DNA of 64,000 nucleotides from Giardia intestinalis (Eukaryota): NCBI GenBank assembly GCA_000002435.2, contig CM018789.1; one strand, 5' to 3'. Shown piece by piece: positions 62,621 to 64,000 of this stretch (position 1 is its first letter; each line of letters starts with the position of its first letter). The notes under the pieces were generated by a model. It saw only the letters and a program-made list of their open reading frames with translations, ran no database searches and was not told where the DNA came from. The position numbers and the translations under genes were made by a program.

Positions 62621-63475
62621 ATGAGGGTCCCCAGATCTCTGTGTGAAGGCCTTGTGGAGGCCATTCCCAAGCGATGCTCCTGGAGAAGATACACGGGGGA
62701 GGATCTCTCCGAACACCAAAAAGAAAGCTTGAAGGCTTACAGTGCCGACCTGAACAGGGTATTTAAACATGCACGACTTCAGATCCTTGAAGGGGAAATG
62801 GCAAAGACGGCCATGACGAGTCCGATAGGGATAGGGGTGATCCGCGGAATCGTTTTCTGCTCTGCTGTAATTGTAAACAAGGACAGCCCGCGACCAGAGG
62901 CCGACATAGAGGCCGGCATGATAGGCCAGCTGTTCATCTTAAAGGCTATTTCACTGGATCTACAGAATGTGTGGATTGGCGCCGTCAACATATTTGGACA
63001 GAGCAAGGTGCTTAAGAAGAACGGACTGATCAACTCTGAGACCGAAAGCGTCGTAGCATTCCTCCCTGTAGGCCACGCCGTGAATCCTGAGTACGGCCAG
63101 ACGCGACGACCTCCATTAGAGAAGTTTCTGGTTTGTCCACCCTCCATACAGAACACCCCTGATGTCCAGACAGTGGCTAACGCCGTTCTTCGTTCGCCAA
63201 GTGCCCTAAATCGCATGCCCTATAAGTTGATTGTCAGGCCGACTGAGGGCATGAACGTTGGAGGACCATCTATCGCCAGCATTCACTTGACGGTGTCCAG
63301 TCCAACGGTGTCTGGAAACTACTTGTCACATTGGTTGGACGCGGGAATCGGAGCAGTGCACGCTCTTTTGGCTCTCCAAACATTAGATATTTGTGCAGAC
63401 AAGGATGCCATAGAAATATCGCATCTGCTTGGAGAGGAGAATGCTATAATCTTGAGGCTACAAGCACATAATTAA
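62621..63475 (+). CDS. nitroreductase-family protein
   Basis: The ORF-track ATG at 62582 lies inside an AT-rich, promoter-like stretch; I prefer the ATG at 62621 (MRVPRSLCEGLVEAIPKRCSWRRYTGEDL…). 'RCSWRRYT' resembles the 'RRSxRxF' FMN-binding start. 'GMIGQLFILKAISLDLQNVWIGA' resembles the nitroreductase 'DxGxAxQNxxLAAxxLGLGSCWIG' region. Confidence 0.5.
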   Translation: MRVPRSLCEGLVEAIPKRCSWRRYTGEDLSEHQKESLKAYSADLNRVFKHARLQILEGEMAKTAMTSPIGIGVIRGIVFCSAVIVNKDSPRPEADIEAGMIGQLFILKAISLDLQNVWIGAVNIFGQSKVLKKNGLINSETESVVAFLPVGHAVNPEYGQTRRPPLEKFLVCPPSIQNTPDVQTVANAVLRSPSALNRMPYKLIVRPTEGMNVGGPSIASIHLTVSSPTVSGNYLSHWLDAGIGAVHALLALQTLDICADKDAIEISHLLGEENAIILRLQAHN

Positions 63476-63513
63476 CAGTGAATAGAACTGAGCTTTTTTA
63501 AAATTTGTCAGAC

Positions 63514-64000
63514 ATGGCTGAATCAAATTCTGACCTGCAGGGCGAAGTAGAGCGCCTAACGCGAGAGCTTGCAGCAAAAGATGAGAAAATCCACGAGCTA
63601 GAGCTTACTATTAGTAAGACAGAACCAGATAGAACGTGTGACGCTAGTGATAAATCAGCTTTATGCATCAGCAGAAACCAAGAAGGTGAATATGACGATA
63701 TCCTTGTATCCTCAGATCGGGCTAATTTTTCATCTACTGCGCTAGATGTCGACTCTTCAGCGAAGGGGGAGGCCTGCCTGTCTTCCCAATCCTCTGCTCA
63801 AATACAGAGGATGAAGAAACGCATGATAATGTCAACTGCGAATATAGAGGTCCCAGAAGAGGATTTGCAGCAGTTGCGCAGCATCTGTAAGGACCTCATC
63901 TACAGTAGGATTCAGGGTATGTCGGTGATCTCTCAGGCCTGTGTGCTTTTAGAAGAGTACAAGCAGCTTCTTGCTGCACACATGGTCCACGAAGCAACCA
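63514..64000 (+). CDS. hypothetical coiled-coil protein, 5' part only (continues beyond window end)
   Basis: ATG at 63514 follows an AT-rich leader 'ttttttaaaatttgtcagacATG'. My translation 'MAESNSDLQGEVERLTRELAAKDEKIHELELTISK…' stays open to the window end. Confidence 0.4.
   Translation, partial: MAESNSDLQGEVERLTRELAAKDEKIHELELTISKTEPDRTCDASDKSALCISRNQEGEYDDILVSSDRANFSSTALDVDSSAKGEACLSSQSSAQIQRMKKRMIMSTANIEVPEEDLQQLRSICKDLIYSRIQGMSVISQACVLLEEYKQLLAAHMVHEAT

Noticed and set aside
1-64000. Prokaryotic interpretation (operons, defence islands, CRISPR, mobile elements)
   Set aside because: Proteins of 1400-2400 aa with ankyrin and coiled-coil domains, a NEK-type kinase, Rpb8, SNARE, Pam18, proteasome PCI and PHD-finger proteins, a eukaryotic tRNA with an oligo-T terminator, and a CRGKA-tailed VSP identify a eukaryotic (Giardia) genome. 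The 240-bp direct repeats are coding and have no spacers, so they are not a CRISPR array.

Overview
This window is eukaryotic, not prokaryotic, and almost certainly comes from Giardia intestinalis (lamblia) or a very close relative; I did not find a prokaryote-style defence system or operon-like novel system.

What supports the Giardia assignment:
- The 5.85-kb minus-strand gene at 41998..47847 is a textbook variant-specific surface protein (VSP): short signal peptide, CXXC-rich repeats, a C-terminal transmembrane helix and the invariant ...CRGKA tail.
- The surrounding genes have Giardia hallmarks: a NEK-type kinase with Giardia-style 'TALMxAA' ankyrin repeats, three giant ankyrin + coiled-coil ('protein 21.1'-like) genes, a cathepsin-B 'giardipain', and a mitosomal Pam18-like J-protein.
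- Gene architecture fits: 10-100 bp AT-rich intergenic spacers, overlapping gene ends, and AGTAAAC-type poly(A) signals.

I called about 31 intron-less protein genes, one tRNA-Pro(AGG) and one long tandem repeat array.

A caveat on the ORF track: it uses alternative start codons (TTG/GTG printed as M). I re-derived the first in-frame ATG from the sequence for genes where the listed start was not ATG (1007, 3244, 19051, 41998/47868, 60941), plus 9060, 9878, 30849/32948, 34986 and 62582 for overlap or context reasons.

The most interesting items:
- The VSP is built almost entirely of about 23 perfectly identical 240-bp (80-aa) repeats.
- One repeat copy is aberrant: it carries a rearranged GC-rich segment containing a 12-nt homopolymer.
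- An approximately 3.9-kb GC-rich, ORF-free island (about 47.9-51.8 kb) sits immediately 5' of the VSP. This is anomalous for such a gene-dense genome.
- The NEK kinase is predicted to be catalytically dead.
- There are several extreme gene-packing arrangements: 12- and 26-bp bidirectional promoters, a shared TTAA stop on opposite strands, and a 9-nt stop-to-ATG gap.

All functional calls are from by-eye motif recognition and no database search was possible.
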